A stretch of DNA of 63,075 nucleotides, the filler included, from Olpidium bornovanus S191 (Eukaryota > Fungi > Olpidiomycota): assembly GCA_017911155.1 (NCBI GenBank). It is 27 parts of 27 records of this genome, joined end to end, with 100 filler letters (N's around TTAATTAATTAA, not from the genome) between each part and the next. Parts side by side here need not be neighbours in the genome. Positions count along the whole stretch, not along the records: positions 1 to 3,959 come from JAEFCI010007245.1; positions 4,060 to 5,283 come from JAEFCI010002271.1; positions 5,384 to 8,944 come from JAEFCI010008022.1; positions 9,045 to 10,257 come from JAEFCI010006776.1; positions 10,358 to 12,066 come from JAEFCI010011183.1; positions 12,167 to 13,430 come from JAEFCI010005292.1; 21 more parts are not named here. One strand, 5' to 3'. A program made the position numbers and the translations under genes. The notes beneath the pieces are model-generated. The model searched no databases, had not been told where the DNA came from, and saw only the letters and a program-made list of their open reading frames with translations. Of the stretch, positions 1 through 12,591 are shown piece by piece (positions within the stretch are counted from its first letter, which is position 1; every line of letters starts with the position of its first letter).

Positions 1-477
1 CATGAACAATAGACCGGGTGGCGGTGGAAAGCGCATCCCTCCAGTTTGGAGAAAGAAGGTTCCTTCCTCTCCCACTCCCGATTTTTGACCCTCGATCAAT
101 CCCACTGGCAATTTAACAGCAACAACAGAAAAAGTCTTCTTCTTCTCTGCCGAGGTCAGACTGGGGAAGAAGAAGGCGCTGTTCCAATAATTCTTATTGC
201 ACGTGCTGGCCGACTAAGCGCAGGCCGTTTGTCTGCGTGTGTCATCACGGACAAGGTAAAATGGTTTTTTCTTCCTGTGTACTGGCCGGTGATGAATGTC
301 AAAAATCAAAACTTGACGAGTTTTGATGTTCGCTGTCAGATCGTCCTCCGTCTGGAAACACCTCAGACTATTTGCAGCGGCACGGAGCCCCCTTCCCCCC
401 TCCCGCAAGCGGCAGCTCCCTGCACAACCGTAACCGCAGTCCACACCTAAACTTTTTGAACAGCGGAAGAGAGGGGC

Positions 478-3400
478 TTACCGTCCCACTTTCCCTACCA
501 GGCATTCCAGCATCTGCAGAACATCCACTTTCGACGTCGGCGGCCGGTCGTGGTTCGTGCGCCGCGGTCCCGGCGTCTGCTTGCTGGCGAGCAACGTCCG
601 CCTCGTCAGGAGCGAAAGCACGTTTCGAAGCCTCTGCGGACCGCAAGGGACCGCGCGAAGTTTCTGGTGGCCGCTCCGAGGGTGGAGTCAAGGTATATAC
701 GCCGAATTCGATCGCGTGACGATCACGAGAACGGGGTGGGGGAGGAAGCTGATCAGCGTTTATGCGTCCCGGATTAGGGTCGCGTTAACGGAGAGCTTAC
801 GTGCAGGCTCTTCTCGTCTTTTGCGAGCAGGCACGCCATCTTCATGGCGTAGACGATGACTTGCTCGTTGTCCTTGTACCTCTGGATCACCTCGACGAGT
901 CTCTCGGCGGAGTCCGGCGGGTCCAGGACATGGATGCGGGTCGAGGCATGAACCGCCAGGTTTCCGAGCACTCGCATAGCGATAACCAGGATTTCCATGT
1001 AAGGTTTACTGCCGTTGCAATCCCGCACGACATCCCACAGGTACTTGGCTACGTTGCGTTCCACGGCGCTGCGGCAGCACATGCTGGAGCGGGCCGTGAC
1101 GATATCTAAACCGGGAGAGAGGAGGGAGGGGGGAAGGGGGGGAATAGTTGGGTTCTTTAGGACGTTTTTAAATAAAATGGGAAGGGTCCGCTGGCAGGCG
1201 ACCGGAGCAGCGACCTACCCAGGTGACAACATGCCTTCCTTAACGACCCTAGCATGCAGGGCTTCTCGAGGATGCCCATCGCCAAAGCTGTACGACTGCT
1301 GAGTTCCTGGGCAACCGCGTTTGCTTCGTGGACCCTCATCCGGACCATCGCGATATCCTTGGGGCTACGCATTCGGACTTGATGGCCGCGCCACAGTGCC
1401 TGAACCATGACAGCAGCCGTTTGCCTCCTCTCCTTAAGTTTCTCGACCAGCTCCTCCCAACCCCAGAGGCGCCGTCGCCGCCCTCGACGTCTGTACGCCA
1501 CCTGTATGGTGCAGGCCGCGCCTCGAAGAGCAATAAATAGCCTCCTTTCGTTCCTCGCCGCCCAATAGCGTTGGATGGTCGCTACTGCTGAGAACCTTGC
1601 AGCGGCTAGACGGCGCGCCCGGTGCCGGCGGTACGCGCGTTGGGTTACAATTGCTGAGAGGGCGATGCGAACTACTGCGGACCACCGACCGACGTATCGC
1701 GCCCTCGCTTTGGCTTTTTCGATCAACAGGTGTCGTCTGTACTTCCGTTGGATTAGGACACACGCGAGTACCAGCCGAGCGGTGGATACCCACCGATCGA
1801 GGCGCCTCAACCTCAACTCAGCCACTTTCCGCAGCTGGTAACGGCGGTATGCATGCTGAATGATGGTCACGGAGAGGAAACACCGCGCAGCGCGGGCCCA
1901 ACTCTCGACGTACCGCGCCCTCTCCTCAGCCTTCCGTAACACTAAATGCTTGCGGTATGATCTCTGGACGGCGACGGCCGAAAGGATCTTCCTGGCAGAT
2001 TTGGCCCATTCCTCAACGTATACAAGCCTCTGCTCGGCCTTCCGCCACGCCAGGTACCGTCGATATGCCCGCTGGATCGCGGAAGTCGCCAGGACCAGCC
2101 GGGCGCGCGCGGAGAAACGGCACAAATAGCGCGCCCTGGCCTTCGCTTTTTCGACCTTGACATGCCGACGGTACGCGCGCTGGATTTTGATTGCCGATAA
2201 ATAACGTGCAGCATAATTTGCCCGACGCTCGACGCGGGCCCTGGCTATTTTTCGCGCACGGTGCCGCCGGTAGCTCCTTTGGATAATGACAGCGCCGAGC
2301 ACGATCCGCGCTTTAGCAGCCCACCGGAGCACGTGCTGCAGCCGCCTCTCGCGCTCCTCGTCAATCCGTCGCCGCTCTTCCTGTCGCAGTTTATCCAGCC
2401 GTGTTTGCGCAATAAGTCTTCTCGCGTACTTTTGGATCGTCAGGGCCGCCGCCCGTGTCCGCCTGTACGCCCTGTGCTGGAACCAGCAGCGGAAAACGGT
2501 CTGAATCCGAACGATCGCCGCACGGGTGGCGGCGTATGTCTTGCGTGCCATTCTCCCTCTGTGCAGACATTGTAACGTAACGGCGGCATTTCTAAGGGCA
2601 ACGAAATCGTGCCGGACTGCCCTTCCAACCATCGCAGCTCGCCAGCCGGCCTGTATTGTGAGCGCAGCGCGCCGTCGCTCCTCCGCGATGCGCTGCTGAC
2701 TCCTTGCATCTAACAACTTCCTCCGCAATCGTTTAACTGTGATAATAGCATCCCTCAGGGCGATGTAGTCGTGTCTCGTCTGCCGGCCGAGAACATTCCT
2801 CCTCCTCGCGCGTTGTACAAAAAGAACGGCCCGTTTGACATCGCAGAAATGGCGGCGAGAAACGAACATCATCCATGCCGCCTGGATGACCTTCGCCGCC
2901 TCCTCCCGGCGAAGCCGTACTTCTCGAGCTCGCCGCAACTCCAGCACCCCCCTTCGCTTCCTCTGTAACTGCAACGTCGCGTTGCGGACCCTGTTGTACC
3001 AGGTTTCGATTTGCCGAGTTTCCAAAAGCATTCTTCGCCTCACTTCAACCGTCCGAACGGCGCGTCGCATTTGCGCCCACTCTAGCCGACAACGATAACC
3101 TCTGTAGGCCGCCTGAATGCGTAGAGCCGCCGCTTCGCGCCGGCCTAGCTCTCGTCGGCGTGCGGCATCTCTGAGTAATGCAGCGTGACGTCGCGCGCGG
3201 TTTATTCTCCAGAATTTTTGAATGGTGACAGCCGTCTTGCGCAGTTCGACAAACTGCACACGTTGTCGACGGCACCGCCAAGTGGCCTGAACCAACGTGG
3301 CGGCACTGACGAGCTGTTTTTCCTTCCGTGCCTTTTCCGCATCTATCATTCTCCGAATTTTACGCATACAGGAACGCCGTATCCATAAGCGTTGAATAAC

Positions 3401-3959
3401 TTTCGCGGCCTGCCAGAAAGAACGCGAAGCAGAATCGAATGTGTTAACGTAGATGACGAAAGCGCTTTCGGGTGAAATCGCCCGCACGTACCCTGATCTC
3501 ATCCCTAAGATGCAATAACCTGGACGCCAAAAAGGCCACGTATGCTACGACAGCTCTCTCATCCGGTATCACGGTGTCATCGATTTTCACTGCGAGCGAC
3601 GGAGGACGCTTAGTGGAAGCATGGACTTCAAATTCAATTGAGGCTGTAACACGCATGGGCTCACTAATCATTGGAACGCCGCCGAGTCTCGCGGTGCTTT
3701 GTCTGAGGGCGCGAAAGTTGGCGATGCGCGCAGACGTTGGCTCATAAACTTCCGTATGGGGCTCCTATGAATCCAGAATGAACGTTTTTGTCTTTCAAAA
3801 CAAATGGTTGAACAAGGTACATGGCAGAATGCGCATACCATGCCTCTCGTCCCAGGAGCGCTAATGGCGGTCTCATTAAGTAGAGCCGGGTGGTAATATG
3901 CAAGTAGGTAACAAAAAGCTCTGCCGTCGGTGAAACTTTCTGCAAAACTGTAAAGGCGC
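478..3959 (-). CDS. ASPM: ASPM/Asp (abnormal spindle) orthologue, 5'-truncated, multi-exon: CH domain, long IQ array, C-terminal HEAT/ARM-like region
   Basis: Manual splicing gives the CH motifs SFTDGRAFCYLLAYYHP, NFRALRQSTARLGGVP and IPDERAVVAYVAFLASRLL. Many IQ motifs follow (IQxxWR, IQAAYRG). The C-terminus DIVTARSSMCC...VRDCNGSKPYMEILVIAMRVLGNLA matches the ASPM tail. Phase-consistent GT-AG introns at 3590-3664, 3410-3491, 1106-1218 and 664-800; stop at 478-480. Confidence 0.88.
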
Positions 3960-4059
3960 NNNNNNNNNNNNNNNNNNNNNNNNNNNNNNNNNNNNNNNNN
4001 NNNTTAATTAATTAANNNNNNNNNNNNNNNNNNNNNNNNNNNNNNNNNNNNNNNNNNNN
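3960..4059. other. Artificial contig spacer (first of 26): N-run + TTAATTAATTAA + N-run
   Basis: The same six-frame-stop linker separates all 27 contigs in the window. Confidence 0.98.
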
Positions 4060-5283
4060 CATGGAGGACGCGGCGCACTTGGCTCCGCCGCAAGTTTTTT
4101 CGTCTCCCACGTGACTTTCCCCTTGACGCCGCAAACCACCCGTCCCGCTCCCCCCCTGAAATGTCCCTCCCTCTTCCACGCGCCCTCCCCACCCACCTCT
4201 CTCAATTTGGAGGGAGACGGGGAACGCGAGACGGACATGGTTCGCGACGAAGGATTTGCACGGCTGGGGGGGATGGGGGTGGGTGGACAAGGGGCAGGCC
4301 GCGGGCGGGGCGGGGTTGGAGGAGGAAGTGAGATGCGCGCAGATCCATTAAGGCGTGCTACATGTTGTCCTCCCTGAACTTCGCGGTCTCCAAGCTCGGC
4401 GGTCGCGCCACCCGCACACTGGCGTCTGTCAAGCACGCTCTCTTTGCGCCTCCCAGGGCTCCCTTTTACCGGCAGCCGGACAGCTCCCCACGTGACTCTG
4501 GCGCCGAGTAGAGGCGAAAGGACGCGGAGGAAAAAAAAAAAAAGCCTGTGCCGTTTCTGGCCTCCCACTCAGCATACGATCCCGCACCATCCGAGCTCGT
4601 GGAAAGCGAAGTTGTCGACGCGCCTGAGCCTCCGCCCACCTTTAAACCTCGCCGTTGGTCACCTCGACTCAAGCAGTTGTGTCGTTCCGCCATTGCAGCG
4701 TCGGAGGTCCGCCTCGAACTCTCCGTCCAGCAGATTACGTTCTGCGTCCTGACAAACTTTGCCTTCTGAAACTTCGCAGACAGCCAGGGCCTCTGATACC
4801 CCGCAGGCCGACGCCGCCTCTGGGTGGTTTCGATGGGGGTCAGCTCCCAAGGACACCCAAAACGACACGGAGTCCACCATTTGTGTGCGCCCCGGTGGAC
4901 TTCACCCAAATCCCAAGCACCGCTTTGCTTGGAAGATCGTTGGCATCTGACACGCTTCTTCCAAACCACTCCTCAGTCCACAAAAAAATGGTCCCCACAC
5001 CTGCGACCAGGAACTTTCGGTCGTAAGGCAGTTTTGGTGCTTTATGATCAATTGGGAAAAGATGGCCGCTTCTTACACAATCGTCAGTACAGCATTCTTC
5101 GGATGCGCTCCCCGCCTCGAGACAGAGGAAGACGCGTCATGGACGCAAACCGAAGATTGTATTTGATGCAAACCGGAATCACGACTTGTGGAATTTTTCC
5201 AGCGGATTCGCGACGAACGGGTAGCACTTGGTGCACTGATGCTGGCGCAACATCTCTATTGCCGACCTCTGAAGGGGGGGGGG
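4060..5283 (+). CDS. Probable multi-exon gene fragment, product unknown
   Basis: Several plausible GT-AG introns on the + strand (one containing a poly-A tract) separate protein-like segments such as ELSVVRQFWCFMINWEKMAASYTI and RLVEFFQRIRDERVALGALMLAQHLY. No family recognised; strand not certain. Confidence 0.25.
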
Positions 5284-5383
5284 NNNNNNNNNNNNNNNNN
5301 NNNNNNNNNNNNNNNNNNNNNNNNNNNTTAATTAATTAANNNNNNNNNNNNNNNNNNNNNNNNNNNNNNNNNNNNNNNNNNNN

Positions 5384-6132
5384 CTTGCAACCTGATTCAG
5401 TCGAAGCTCCTGCATCATTATTTCCATAGCCACCAAATCTTTATCTATTCCCGTAGTCGGTTTCCGAACTGGCGCAGACATGTTCTCCGTCGAAGATGAT
5501 GCTGCGACTGGCGCGTGGTCAGCCTCCGGTCCACTAATCAAAGAATACAAATCCTGATATGCAATCAAATCGTTGACTTGGTTTCGAACCATCTCCCAAT
5601 TTGTTGTGAACTCGCCATCGGCTGTCTTTAATTGCCGCACAGGTTCTTTCCTTTCTTCGACGTGCGTGGCCTGAATAAAAAGGGGCACCTTATCACGCAC
5701 CCGAGCCTGATCAGCGGCCGAAAGCTCATCATACTTCCGTTCGAACGTCGTCAAAACTTCTTCCAGCAGCTCCGTCTTCGAAGGACAATGCACCCATGCT
5801 AAAAACGTATCGGCCGAGATGCGCGTCGAATCCCTAGCCCGAAAAACTGCTTTAATTTTTGCTTGGAAGCTTTTCCACGTCACATGATTTTTTGCCAGGA
5901 CGGAATTGATGCGGGGCTGCGTTTCGAGCTCTGTACAGTTTCGAAATTCGTTCATAAGGCCGGCGTCGGACAGCTGTAGTAGTTGAAGTGCGGCCTGGAA
6001 CTTGCGCAAATATGCTGTCGCATCTTTGCCGTCAAAGAACCCTACTTTCTCGGTGAACCGCATGAAACACGAGATCCTCGGTCCTTCAAGCATCCATGTC
6101 GGTGGCGGGGTTATTTCTGCCCTTGCGCCCAT
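5384..6132 (-). mobile_element. Ty3/gypsy-type Gag fragment (3'-truncated by contig end)
   Basis: Intronless ORF with Gag-like motifs FDGKDATAYLRKF, TWKSFQAKIKAVF and DKVPLFIQA, typical of LTR-retrotransposon capsid N-termini. Confidence 0.6.
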
Positions 6133-6499
6133 CCTTTCCGCTTCGACCGTTACGTGTCAAGGTTATGAACCGTCGTTAAGCTAGTGTCCCGATGCCAGCA
6201 CCCTCGATAGTGCTCTCCGGCGTTGAACACTCCGATTTCTCTATTCTCGCAGAGGCCACCAGATGAGGTGCGGAAAACGAGCACTCGATGGCCCGAGTTT
6301 CCTTTGGGAAGATCGCGAGTTCGTTGCTTTTATTGCGTTCGATTCTACGTTTGGTTTCATTCGTTTGGTGCGTTCGAGCTCGGGGGGAGAAAGAAAATCT
6401 ATGTGTGTACAGCCGTCGAACGCGTATACTATCGCCACGCGTAAATCGAAATCGAGAAGCAATAGAAAGGCGACTCGAAGGGGACAAACTCAAATCAAA

Positions 6500-6755
6500 G
6501 GCTACAGAATTGAACTGGAATAGAATGAAATCGAATCGAATAAAGTACAATCGAAATCGAAACAAAATAAAGTCGAAATCAAAACAGAATAAATCAAAAT
6601 AGAAGCGAAAAAAGTTCACAAATCGAAATCGACCAAAGTACAATCGAAATTAGAACAAAATAAAATCGAAGTAAATCGACCAAAGTACAATCAAAATCAA
6701 AACAGATTAAAATCGAAGTAATAAGGGAAAATCAAAATCGAAGTGAACAAAGTTC
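6500..6755. repeat. A-rich degenerate tandem region of AAATCG-like units, probably a retroelement leader
   Basis: Repeated aaatcg/aaatcaa units and duplicated blocks (aaatcgaccaaagtacaatc twice) directly upstream of the Gag ORF at 6789. Confidence 0.7.
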
Positions 6756-6788
6756 ACACCACACCGCAAGTATGCCGGGAGCACTGGC

Positions 6789-8370
6789 GTGCCCCGAGAG
6801 CCACGACGGCGCCGCGTCGACGCCCTCCCGCCTCTCCCACCTATCGGTAGCGGATTCCCTCCGGGTGCTCAAAAGCGCCACCAACTGGAGAACGAATGGA
6901 GACAGCGAGAAAGAGAAATGGAGGACCTCCATTTGCATCTTTCCCGAGCAGAGGAACGCTCCAGAATGCTGGAAGCGGTGCTCGAGGCGCAAGAGGACGA
7001 AGGAGAAGGCGTCAAGCCAGAAGAAAAGGACGCGGACGCCGACCGCGACCGCGACGAGCAAGCCCGCCAAAACTGCGTCGAGAGATTCCTCCGGGAGGAC
7101 TTGAGCACACGAAGGCTTCACGGCTATGCTGAAGACGAAGGTGACCCAAAAGAGACCAGAAACGGTCTACTGGCAAGAGCCATGCTGGGGGCGGTCCCCA
7201 ACTACTCGGGCTCAGGAGGGACTGCTGCACTCACGAATTTTGCCAGCAAACTTGATGCTGCTGCGGAACAAGCAAACCTATCAAGGCAAGAGACGCTCGC
7301 TCTGGCAACTCACCACCTGACAGAGCAGGTGGCGATACTGTGGCAAAGTCACGCAAACAAACACCGCCGGGGCGACCCTCACCGCTGGACGCGCTGGAAA
7401 CAACTACGAGAAGAACTGGAACAGCTTTTCTTTCCCCGTGAGCACCTCCAAGTCGTAATGAACAAACTCATGGAGCTCACACAATGGCGGTGCGACGACG
7501 ACCTAGAGAAGTACATAGAGACCTTCAACTCCCTGTTCATGCAACTCCCAAGCCCACGGGACACAAGGCTGTAGAAGGCAAAGTTCCACAACGGCCTCTC
7601 AGGCGACAGAAGAACCGCGTGTTGACCATGGCGCCCAATCTCGAGGACCTCGGCTCAGTCCAAGCGGCAGCCAGACGGGATTTCCGCTTGACGGACAAGC
7701 CCAAGGTTCACAACCCTGGACCTACCAACGGAGCAGGGGCCGCCGGGGAAGCCAAGAAGGGGAAGGACAGACAGAGCATCAAATGCTTCAACTGTAACAA
7801 GACTGGGCACATGGCGCGAGAGTGCAGATTGCCCCAAAAAGAGCGGAAGCCAAAGGAAAGCGCGACAAACAGCAAAGCCAAAACCGGCAAGCCTGACCTC
7901 CAAATCGCATGTACAGCAGGAGTTGCCACAGATGAGACCGAAGATGCACCTTCCGCCAACAGCGCCGCAAACGCCAACCATCGGCACCACCCCATGACGA
8001 CCAGAGTGACAATGGACAGCGGAGCTACGCGGCACATGATCCCTCATAAACAACGGTTTACCTCCTCCCGGCCATGGACCAAGAAAGTATGGACCGCGTC
8101 CAAGGCCAGTGAACCCGTACTGGCGGAGGGCACAGTGAACATCCTGACCATCTCTGGGGTAACGCTGTCACTTAAAGGAGCATTACACACGCCGACCTTT
8201 AAGATGCCCTTGTTCTCAATCCCAGCAGCCACATACAACGGGTTAGACGTCCTTTTCATGGCGAACGGACGCGCATTCATCACGAAAGGAGGCAAAACAG
8301 TGGCAACTGCAACCAGGGACGACCGCGACCAACTGTTTTACCTGGATACAGCGCAGGACGATCCCACGTC
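6789..8370 (+). mobile_element. Degenerate Ty1/copia-type gag-pol: Gag, CCHC zinc knuckle and aspartic protease, truncated before integrase
   Basis: Zinc knuckle CFNCNKTGHMAREC; copia protease DSGATRHM; downstream ALHTP...LFSI and KTVATATR...LFYLD. In-frame TAG at 7572-7574 followed by a frameshift near 7610. Confidence 0.85.
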
Positions 8371-8391
8371 AACGACCCAGCAGAGCTCGCG

Positions 8392-8944
8392 TGTCACGTG
8401 TAGTGATACGTTCGAAGGAGGAAGGACGGTCGGAGTCTATTCAAGTGTGCCTGGGGGGCCGACTGGCTATATAGGTACAGGTCATGTGCCAGTCGACGTC
8501 GAGAGGGGCACACTACGATTCCTTCCCTCTACGGAGACGCGCGTCCCCGCGCGGTATCAATCGACAGGGCGGTCGACGAGGGGATGTTCGAGGAGAGAGA
8601 TAAAAGGGAAGAAGAAAAAATCGAGGCAGAATAGGAAGCTAGCCGCACCAAAAACCCAGCCCGTCATTTCCTTTTTGCCCGGGAGGGAAAAGCGTACTAG
8701 CAGGATGGGAGTTAATCGACGGGGACAACAACTTGCGCTGGTCGATGAAAACTGACGCTGATCGACGACGACTCGGCAGCTGCTTAATGCAAGGTAAGCA
8801 GATCAAAAGCACCAAGCGACCAACATGAATCGACCAGCCATCGAGGGACAACGATGGGAAGGACGATAAGCCATCGAGACGGGAATCCGTGATCACTCCG
8901 ACGTGGGAACTCGAAGGATCAGGTAGCCAAACCGTCACCTGCGA
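8392..8944. mobile_element. Possible LTR or unrelated insertion truncating the copia pol
   Basis: Pol homology stops abruptly at about 8370-8390. TG-initial motifs follow (tgtcacg at 8392, tgtagtga at 8399), then a tatata box and non-coding sequence. No second LTR copy is visible. Confidence 0.3.
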
Positions 8945-9044
8945 NNNNNNNNNNNNNNNNNNNNNNNNNNNNNNNNNNNNNNNNNNNNTTAATTAATTAA
9001 NNNNNNNNNNNNNNNNNNNNNNNNNNNNNNNNNNNNNNNNNNNN

Positions 9045-10257
9045 CATGATCGTCACGTCGATGAGGCCGAGCACACGCAAATTTGCCATAGCGCTGAAAT
9101 CCGTGAGGTTCCGTTCCAGCGTATGTTGTGGCTTCAGCGTCACGACCGACCCTGCTCTGGAATGCTTACTCGCGTGCGGAGCGGGCGAGCCTCGGGACAG
9201 CGCGGCTCCCGGCACGCCGTTCACAGCCGGCGGCGATCCAGACCGGGAAAAAAGCGCCGCGAGGTTTTCGTTTTGAGGCTGCTTGATCTCCAAGCGCTTG
9301 TTTCCGCTGAAGTTGAGGTACCGCAGCTCCGGGTTCCAGTTCCAGTTCCAGTCGTAGGGCCAGTTTGCAACGTTGTACTTGAGCGAGTTGTTCCCCACGT
9401 CCAAAACCGTCAATTTGTGGAGCTTCCCGAGCTCTGCGGGCAGCGTCTGCAGCCTGTTCCCGGCAACGTACAGACTTTTTAGCGACCTCAACCGCTCAAT
9501 CTCCTCGCCGGGCAGCGACGACAAGTGGTTCCCGGACAGGTGGAGTTCTACCAACGCTGTCTGGTTGAACAGCGCGCCGGAAGGAATCTCGAAAATATCA
9601 TTGTGGCAGAGGTTAAGCACCCTCAGCTCGGGCAGCTGGGTGAGCGGGACGAAAATGTCGTCGGCGAGGCTGTTGTCGCCCAGATAGAGATTCTGCAGCG
9701 ACAGCGACAGCGGGCGTCGGATTGCCGCGATGGGCGAGGAGGTGCTGAGCGAGCTTGAGAAGCTGCTGGAGGGCTTGTGCGACGCGTCGATGGCCCGCGC
9801 CACGATCGGGATCGACCGCCGGTCGACAATCTCGGGCTGCGGCGTCGTTGAGGCGGCCGACAGTACGTCAGGCTGCGCTGCTGCGGCGTCGTCTTCATCT
9901 GGCTCTCCGACGGGCGGGAGCGGGAAACACTCCAGCAGGTTGGAGCTGACGTTCACGGAGACGAGTGACTTGCACCACCACAACTCGGCGGGCAACGCCT
10001 TGATATTGTTATTGTGCAAATCCAAAAACTCGAGCGACTGCGCTTTGTGGATGTTCTTCGGCAGCGAACCAAGGTGGTTGTTGACGACGCTCAGCGTCCT
10101 CAGGTTTGACAGCAAACTGATGGAGTCTGGCAGCGACGCCAGGTGATTGTCGTCTAGAACGAGTTCTTCCAATGCGGGCAATTGGCACGGCACGCTCCCG
10201 CAGAAGTCGGCAAGCTTCGACGCAGACAGGTTCAGGTACGTCATCAATGGGGCCATG
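9045..10257 (-). CDS. CYR1: Fungal adenylate cyclase, internal fragment (LRR region leading toward the PP2C domain)
   Basis: Consecutive LRRs plus the signature LKYNVANWPYDWNWNWNPELRYLNFSGNKRLEIK and LRVLGLIDVT. Confidence 0.93.
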
Positions 10258-10357
10258 NNNNNNNNNNNNNNNNNNNNNNNNNNNNNNNNNNNNNNNNNNN
10301 NTTAATTAATTAANNNNNNNNNNNNNNNNNNNNNNNNNNNNNNNNNNNNNNNNNNNN

Positions 10358-12066
10358 CAGGGTTCGCCTCACAAAGTTCTTGGGGTGTGTTTTTCCTGGG
10401 TATTTCCTGCTTTCTTTTGCACCAGTGAACCACGTGTGGCGGCCACCACTACTCTAACTTGTCTGCGGATGCGTCATGCCGGAGTTTGATGCGGCGAAGG
10501 AAGGCATATCTGAGTGCAGAGGCCGTACCAGCGCTGGCGGAAAGACATTACAAACATTCTCTCATTGGGGTAGATTTAGACAAAGAGCACACGGAATCTG
10601 CGCGCAACGCTGCTCATTGAAAGGATAGCCGAATCCGCATCACAGGCAAGTCGGGACATGCTGATGTGGTTCTACCTATTATTATTGTTCCTCGGTCGCT
10701 GGCTAGACCTTTGAATGAGCGAAAGACTTTCCTACGGCCCCACAATTTCTGGATCGCGACAAAACACACAACCTTAGTCCTCTCCCGCACCAGGAAGCGG
10801 GTGAACTGGTCCTCCGAACTCTGTTCGCCAACATTTCCCACTGGACGTTTGCGAACCAGGGGTGTTTCTTGAAACCGTTGTATCTGTCCGGGTGTTTTTT
10901 ATTTTCTTTTTCTTTTCGTTGAATTCGCGGTTCATTGCCGTAATGGCGCAGTTTCCCCCTTTTGGTCTGTTCCCGACCGAGCTTGCCCTCGTTCCTGCAT
11001 CATGTCTTTTAGATGTACGACGGCCTCGGTCGCCGACGAAGAAGACAACGCCGAAGGCTGCGCGATTATGGAGGTCGCGGAGACGGACGTGGGCGCCCCC
11101 GAAGCAAGGGAATCTGAGGACGACGGGCGAACGGCGGACACGGAAGCCTCGTCGATTTCGAACCGCGTCATCTGCAACTGCGCCAGCGAGTTGCGGAGCT
11201 GCGCGACGGTATCCCTCAGCTCGTCGCACTCGTTCTCCAGCTCGAGGATGACGATGCGCTGCTCCTCGAGCGTCCCGGCCATCTGGTCCCGCTCCCTTCG
11301 CGCGGCGGAATGGTCGGCGTCCGCGCCGCGGCGCGACTTCTCAGCTTCCAGCTGCGCGCGCAGGGATCGGATTTTCGCCTCCTGCTCCTGCTGCTGCTGC
11401 CGGAGCTCGTTGTTCGTCCGTCGGAGCTGCTGGAGCTCCCCTCGGACGTATCGGGCCTGCACATCTTCCACTTCCGTCGGCGACGCGCCTTCGGCAGACC
11501 CCGGGCTGCTTGCTTCACCAGTGTGTGTTGTGGGCGATTCCGGTGCTTTCTCATCTTCCAACAACGATCGGAGCGTCTCCGAGTACTTTTCCTTGCCGTC
11601 GAGTTGGCGCTGCAACCTGGCGATGATCTCGTCCTTTTCTGCCAGCTCAGTTCTCAATAATTGCTCTTGTTGTCGCGCGACGGGCCCACCGTCTGCCGGA
11701 AGAGCTCGACGTGACCCGGTCTGGTGAGCAATTAAAATCGTTACTATTGATTCCAGCAAACATGGACATGACATAGATTGACGGGTCGCCGAATAATGAA
11801 AGTCATATCCACATAGCGCTTACTTCCGACCAATCAAGAATGGGTTTGGACGCGATCGTGGAGGATGTGAGAATCAGTTTCGTCAAGTGGTCAATGCGCT
11901 CCTTTAGTGCGGTTCTGACGAGCTCCATTTCCATCCTGTCCTCCTCGTACTGAAATTTGGAGACAGCTGGGTCAACCTTCTTTCGACGGCAGCAGTGGCA
12001 ACGTGCGCAACGTTTACCTTCGCCTTCTCTCGCTTTAATGCTTCCACTTCTTGCCTGTCCACATGC
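10358..12066 (-). CDS. Coiled-coil stalk/tail, probably kinesin-7 (Kip2/KipA-like), partial
   Basis: An exon at about 11840-11965 translates to MELVRTALKERIDHLTKLILTSS, resembling the post-motor motif of fungal kinesin-7. A long coiled-coil exon follows (ORF 10932-11774). No motor domain in the contig. Confidence 0.5.
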
Positions 12067-12550
12067 NNNNNNNNNNNNNNNNNNNNNNNNNNNNNNNNNN
12101 NNNNNNNNNNTTAATTAATTAANNNNNNNNNNNNNNNNNNNNNNNNNNNNNNNNNNNNNNNNNNNNGTCTTTCGTGCGGCTGGTGGCTCGATAAGGGCGC
12201 GAGCTCTGGTCAACGCCGAGACTGGTACTAGCTATATGCCAACATCATCGGAGATGGATGAGGCGTTCCGCCAAGTTCAGATCATGATCAACGTCATGAT
12301 CAAATACTGCCTCGTCAGCAACACATCCTGCACAATCAACTGTTCTTTTTATTGCAAGGAGCAGCCTTTGGCTCCAATTCAAGATCCAGCATTAGGACCT
12401 CCGAGAGGATCACAAGTGGGGAGGGGGGGACAATTCTACGAGGCGTAATCCAAGGGCTTTTGAAAGGGTCAACGTAAATTCCAGAAATCATGGTCGAGTA
12501 CGCAGCTTCTTTTTGTTTCGTATGAGCGATCACAGTGGGCGGCATGGTTT

Positions 12551-12591
<41 letters not shown>

